NCBI RefSeq assembly: GCF_035285525.1
Contig: NZ_JAYKGW010000135.1
Coordinates: forward strand, 11,714-43,713
DNA from: Okeania sp.
Lineage (GTDB): Bacteria > Cyanobacteriota > Cyanobacteriia > Cyanobacteriales > Microcoleaceae
Direction: 5' to 3'
DNA length: 32,000 nucleotides
Shown here: positions 27,992-32,000 of the stretch, piece by piece
How the letters are laid out: every line of letters begins with the position of its first letter
Numbering within the stretch: the first letter of the stretch is position 1
Program-made: the position numbers and the translations under genes
Notes under the pieces: generated by a model
Told to the model about the DNA's origin: nothing
Seen by the model: the letters and a program-made list of their open reading frames with translations, nothing else
Databases searched by the model: none

Positions 27992-28588
27992 CTAACTAAC
28001 AAAACTACTTAATATTCCTAAAATTTTCGGTAAATTATAGACAGAATATTCCTCTAAATCTATAGTTATTATTTCAGCTTCTAATTCTAGAAATTGCCAA
28101 GTAGTACCAGTCGTAATAACCCCATAAATTTTGGGAATTTCTTTACCTTTGTTTTGATTAAAAATTTGGGCAGCAACCATTTCTGCCATACATTGAGCTA
28201 AACCATTTCTCAAGTTATCATTTTTAGCTTCTACTAAAGTTATCACTGGTGCTTTGAGAACTATTTGTTGGGTTGATAAACTAATAATAAAGTCGCAAAA
28301 ACCATTTAATCCTAATTCTGGATTAACATTAAATTCGATGCCAGAAAATAAACTTATTTGATTATTAGATATTTTTTTTACTTCTGCTAATATCGGCGCA
28401 ATAATAAATTCTGAACGAGCTTTTTCTGAAGCGATCGCTGTTGCTAGTGGTAGATAATATTCTAAAGCTTCTTGTAGAAATTGACTGGGAAAAACTTCTG
28501 GTAATTGATTAAATTTACCCAAGTCTTCAACGACATTCAAATTAAAATTTGCTAGAATTTCCTCTAAGGTAAATTTACTATAAGGCAT
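27992..28588 (-). CDS. Hypothetical protein with a PD-(D/E)XK-like (HSDR_N-type) motif
   Basis: 198-aa ORF with an ATG start. The segment SEKARSEFIIAPIL...GFCDFIIS...PVITLVEAKNDNL...GLAQCMAEMVAAQ fits the D...(E)xK nuclease-fold pattern seen in type I R-subunit N-terminal domains. The functional call is weak. Confidence 0.5.
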   Translation of the reverse strand: MPYSKFTLEEILANFNLNVVEDLGKFNQLPEVFPSQFLQEALEYYLPLATAIASEKARSEFIIAPILAEVKKISNNQISLFSGIEFNVNPELGLNGFCDFIISLSTQQIVLKAPVITLVEAKNDNLRNGLAQCMAEMVAAQIFNQNKGKEIPKIYGVITTGTTWQFLELEAEIITIDLEEYSVYNLPKILGILSSFVS

Positions 28589-28915
28589 TAATTTTTCTAC
28601 ATTTATTACATTTCTGGTTAAAGATATTTTTCTAATTTACTTAATAGATAATCTTCTCAAACTTCTTGTAGAAATTTACTAGGATAAACTTCTAGTAATT
28701 GATTAAACTTACCCAAGTCTTCAACTACCTTCAGATGAAAATTTGTCATAACTTCCTCTCAAGTGAATTTTCCCAAGCATTAATTTTTCTACATCTATAT
28801 AAATCTCTGATTAAAGATATTTTTCTAATCTACTTAATAGATAATCTTCTCAAACTTCTTGTAGAAATTTACCGGGAGAAACTTCTGATAATTGATTAAA
28901 TTTACCTTAATTTTT
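28468..28915. repeat. Tandem array, about 194-bp unit, about 2.3 copies, derived from the 5' end plus upstream region of CDS 27992..28588
   Basis: The units start at 28468, 28662 and 28855, each beginning CTTCTTGTAGAAATT. Unit A contains codons 1-40 of the gene plus 73 bp upstream. Units A and B are roughly 85% identical by eye, with indels. Confidence 0.85.
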
Positions 28916-29099
28916 AACCAAGCATACAAAATTCTTACTCCCAAATACTTTCATTATCTCGACACTCTCCATCTTCCTCACACTCCAAATTTTAGGGTCA
29001 GTAAATATTTACTAATTGAGACTAATTATATCTCAAGTAAAATTTACTCACCCGAATTTTTTTAACTATCTTCTAGCACCGTAATAAATAATTACTAAC

Positions 29100-29603
29100 T
29101 CAATTTTTTTGTCGATAACACCAAGCAAATAAAGTAGCACCAACAACTAACTTAATTATTTCTAATAACCAATAACCACCGTGCATTTGATTCATTGCCA
29201 CAGGAACTTCATTAACTGACTCAAACAAATTTAGATTAATACCTAAAGCAGTCATTTGAGGAGTTAAACCATAAGTATCAATGATAGTGATCGCCAATAA
29301 TAAGATAGAGAAAATAATTGCTGTTTTATTGCTTTTAATGAAATGATTTGGCACAGCACTCAAAACTAATAAACCTGTTAAACCTAAGCTGGCACAAAAT
29401 AACTCAACTCGGTTAAATAAAGAAAACATTACTGAACCTGCCAATGTAAAATCTGAAGTATTCATCATTCCAGAAACATACATACTTGGCATAATTACTA
29501 GGTCTAAAATTATGCAGGCGCTTAACCAGAAACCTAGAGTTAAACAAATTATTGTTTGCCAGCGTTGTTGATTGGACTCCAGATTTGGAGAAATAATTGC
29601 CAT
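29100..29603 (-). CDS. Small integral membrane protein (4-5 TM helices; possibly DUF4149-like)
   Basis: 167-aa ORF with an ATG start and clear hydrophobic helices (TIICLTLGFWLSACIILDLVIM, LFCASLGLTGLLVLSAV, AIIFSILLLAITIIDTY, LLEIIKLVVGATLFAWC). The family assignment is tentative. Confidence 0.55.
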   Translation of the reverse strand: MAIISPNLESNQQRWQTIICLTLGFWLSACIILDLVIMPSMYVSGMMNTSDFTLAGSVMFSLFNRVELFCASLGLTGLLVLSAVPNHFIKSNKTAIIFSILLLAITIIDTYGLTPQMTALGINLNLFESVNEVPVAMNQMHGGYWLLEIIKLVVGATLFAWCYRQKN

Positions 29604-29898
29604 GACTTTATATATATTTAGTGACTTATTTATAGGTTAACAAAAATTCGACTAAATTAGCATTAAATAGTATTAAGTATTTTTACAATTTATTTCTCAT
29701 CAAGAATAGGGAGTAGGGAGTAGTTATTAGGAAAATAGAAAAATTGTTAAAATTTACTAAAGATTACTTATAAAATTTAAAAGGATAAAGAATAGTTTAT
29801 TAATCTCAAAAAACAGTTTTTTCTCTTTCATCTTGAATAATTGGTAAAAAAAACCGTAGGGGTTTGGTCTCCCAACCCAAACCAATATTGCCACCTAT

Positions 29899-31689
29899 TC
29901 ATAATTCTTGTATTTTATCCAGATGTTTAAACCAAGTAAAATATAATCCTATCGACAACAAAATAAACATCAATAATAAAATACCAAAATTATCCCACTG
30001 TTTCATCATAAACATCATTCCCATCAAAAATAAAACTAACTGCCAGGGAATAGCAATCAAAGTTGCCAAAATATCTCGTCGATTTTCTCTTTCAATTTTT
30101 GCCTGAATATTAGTTGGTAAATTCTGACTAACCACTCCCCAAAAACCAAAAGGTCGAGTTACCCGATAAAAATTATCAATCACTTCTAAATTAGTTGCTG
30201 GAGTTAACAATGTTCCGAAAATACATCCTAACAAAGAACAAATACTCGGCACTAAAAACAGAATATATTCTTGAAGCTGAGGCAAGTTCAATAAAGGTAA
30301 AATAACCGCTTTTGTCAAAATCGCTGCCACCAAACCAGCACCAGTACCAATAGCAAATCCATAGCCATTAAATCGCCACCAATACCATCTTAAAACTAAA
30401 GGAATAAACAACCCAGTTCCCAATCCTAAAGTTAACCATCCCCAAATATCATTAATATTCGTAATATTAAAGCTAAAAATCAATCCCAAAACAACAATTA
30501 AAATAGAAGCTAAACGACCTTGATTAATTAATTGTTGATTAGTAGCTTCAGGTTGAAGATAGGCTTGATAAATATCCTTCACCCAATAAGCAGCACTAGC
30601 ATTAATAATTGAATCAAAAGTTGACATCGCAGCAGCAATAAAACAAGCAACCAATAAACCCTTAACTCCCACCGGAATATATTCAGAAATTACAGTAGGT
30701 AACACTAATTCTGGGTCAGAAATAATCTGATTTTTTAAACCATAATCTATTCCTAATATTGCCAAAGATGTAACCAGAGGCCAACGAAATGATAATAAAA
30801 AAATCCAGAATAAAGAAAGTAAACCAGCTTCGCGATCGCTCTTGGCAGCAAAGTAACGTTGAATCATATAACCACCGCCTCCAGCACCACCTTCTAGAAA
30901 TACTTTAAAGATATAAAATAACATGACTCCACCAAACAAATTAAAGATACTATAATCTCCTGGCAAATCAATTTTTATTGGAGGAATAATACTACTCCAT
31001 TCTGTTAAATTCCATTCTTGTAATTGTTCCGTACCAGGAATTGAGATAGCAAAAGTTTCTGGCAAAGTTACCGTTTGAAAAGCAATAAAACAGATATATA
31101 AAATCGCTACAAAAATCAAAACTCCCTGAAAAACATCAGTCAAAACCACCCCATAAAATCCACTGACAGCAGTATAAATAAGAGCCAAGAAAATCAGAAA
31201 TATTCCTGCAACTCTATCATCAATACCCAGAAATCCTCCTAAAAACTTTCCTCCTCCCACAGCAAAATAACTCATCGTACCAATAGCAAAAATAATATTA
31301 GCAACCGCACTAATAATTCTAGCAATATTTCCCTCCCTATTCTTGCCAAAACGTAACTCCATCCATTCAGCAATAGTCATTACTTGAGCGCGACGATTCC
31401 ACTTTCCCATAAACGTCATTAAGAAAGCCATAATTAAGACAATACCGCCCCTAATTTCAATAAAAAATCCTTTAGTTCCTAAAGCATAAACTAAAGCAGT
31501 TAATACCATAGTACCAGCTAAATCGGTATTAGAAGCCATACCAGAAGCACCCAAAACCCACCAAGGAAGATTACGATTTCCGAGAAAGTAAGATTCAATT
31601 CCTGTGGATGCTTTTCTTTCTAGAAACAATCCCAAAGCTATGATAAATAACAAGTAAATTGTGACAATTATATAATCAATTATTTCCAT
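29899..31689 (-). CDS. Sodium:solute symporter (SSS) family transporter
   Basis: The ATG at 31689 (MEIIDYIIVTIYLLFIIALGLFLERKASTGIESYFLGNRNLPWWVLGASGMASNTDLAGTM...) is preferred over the track's TTG at 31704. The protein has about 13 TM helices and the N-terminal pattern typical of SSS proteins. Confidence 0.9.
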   Translation of the reverse strand: MEIIDYIIVTIYLLFIIALGLFLERKASTGIESYFLGNRNLPWWVLGASGMASNTDLAGTMVLTALVYALGTKGFFIEIRGGIVLIMAFLMTFMGKWNRRAQVMTIAEWMELRFGKNREGNIARIISAVANIIFAIGTMSYFAVGGGKFLGGFLGIDDRVAGIFLIFLALIYTAVSGFYGVVLTDVFQGVLIFVAILYICFIAFQTVTLPETFAISIPGTEQLQEWNLTEWSSIIPPIKIDLPGDYSIFNLFGGVMLFYIFKVFLEGGAGGGGYMIQRYFAAKSDREAGLLSLFWIFLLSFRWPLVTSLAILGIDYGLKNQIISDPELVLPTVISEYIPVGVKGLLVACFIAAAMSTFDSIINASAAYWVKDIYQAYLQPEATNQQLINQGRLASILIVVLGLIFSFNITNINDIWGWLTLGLGTGLFIPLVLRWYWWRFNGYGFAIGTGAGLVAAILTKAVILPLLNLPQLQEYILFLVPSICSLLGCIFGTLLTPATNLEVIDNFYRVTRPFGFWGVVSQNLPTNIQAKIERENRRDILATLIAIPWQLVLFLMGMMFMMKQWDNFGILLLMFILLSIGLYFTWFKHLDKIQEL

Positions 31690-32000
31690 AAAACTATTCC
31701 TCAATTAAATATATTAAAACTCAGTAATTAGTTGTTTTTTTATGTGCAAAAAAAAGTGTAATATTTGATTGTAGGGATTTGGCTTCCCAATGCCATCCTC
31801 TTGAAGCTTTTCTTTCTCGAAACAATCCCAAAGCTATGATAAATAACAAGTAAATTGTGACAATTATATAATCAATTATTTCCATCAAACTATTCCTCAA
31901 TTAAATATATTAAAACTCAGTAATTAGTTGTTTTTTTATGTGCAAAAAAAAGTGTAATATTTGATTGTAGGGATTTGGCTTCCCAATGCCATCCTCTTGA
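31610..32000. repeat. Near-identical tandem duplication, 196-bp unit, at least 2 copies (runs off the window), covering the first 80 nt of the SSS CDS plus 116 bp upstream
   Basis: The stretch 31610-31805 versus 31806-32000 has 2 mismatches (31622 a vs 31818 c; 31690 a vs 31886 c). Confidence 0.9.
31721..31885 (-). other. Chimeric 54-codon ORF created by the duplication (SSS codons 1-27 fused to former upstream DNA)
   Basis: ATG at 31885-31883; MEIIDYIIVTIYLLFIIALGLFRERKASRGWHWEAKSLQSNITLFFAHKKTTNY; TGA at 31723-31721. There is no evidence that it is expressed. Confidence 0.25.

Noticed and set aside
28699-28899. 66-aa + strand ORF
   Set aside because: It lies entirely within units B and C of the tandem array, on the strand opposite the parental gene. 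It has no motifs and an AT-rich composition.
28468-28915. CRISPR array
   Set aside because: The repeat unit is about 194 bp, with no alternation of short repeats and unique spacers. The units are homologous to the adjacent gene's 5' end, and no cas genes are in the window.

Overview
This is an AT-rich chromosomal segment from a cyanobacterium, most likely a filamentous Nostocales-type organism. Two things support that. The HIP1 octamer GCGATCGC occurs 12 times (1256, 9887, 10129, 12440, 13782, 13874, 18839, 22337, 24544, 26636, 28431, 30832), where under 1 is expected by chance. Heptameric short tandem repeats (STRR-like) occur throughout. All protein-family calls come from motif recognition by eye; no searches were run.

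The gene content is mostly housekeeping or core. In window order it contains:
- a CASTOR/POLLUX-like ion channel (partial), missed by the ORF track, and a DUF1350-type alpha/beta hydrolase;
- a partner-switching trio: an RsbW-like kinase, a REC-PP2C phosphatase and a STAS antagonist;
- an XRE-HTH protein with a GrpE-like C-terminus, Dps, and a SpoIID/LytB protein;
- three tandem plant-type [2Fe-2S] ferredoxins and a probable biliverdin reductase;
- a 1014-aa transporter fused to HEAT repeats;
- infC, an alpha/beta hydrolase, and an ABC exporter;
- psb30/ycf12 (46 aa, missed by the ORF track) and a YkgJ Cys-cluster protein;
- a split pair of UPF0016/GDT1 half-transporters;
- a PD-(D/E)XK-like hypothetical, a small membrane protein, and a Na+/solute symporter.

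Four genes are eroded: a secreted-protein gene with an in-frame TGA, an Rpn/DUF4351 gene, a GNAT fragment, and a Uma2 gene with an in-frame TAA.

Intergenic DNA is saturated with several MITE-like and hairpin repeat families. Four independent short tandem segmental duplications (periods about 153, 299, 194 and 196 bp) lie in the last 12 kb. Two of them copy a gene's start codon together with its upstream region.

I found no rRNA, tRNA or CRISPR array, and no clearly novel multi-gene system. The best candidates for follow-up are the 5'-end tandem duplications, the ferredoxin/BvdR/transporter-HEAT neighbourhood, and the HTH-GrpE-like fusion.
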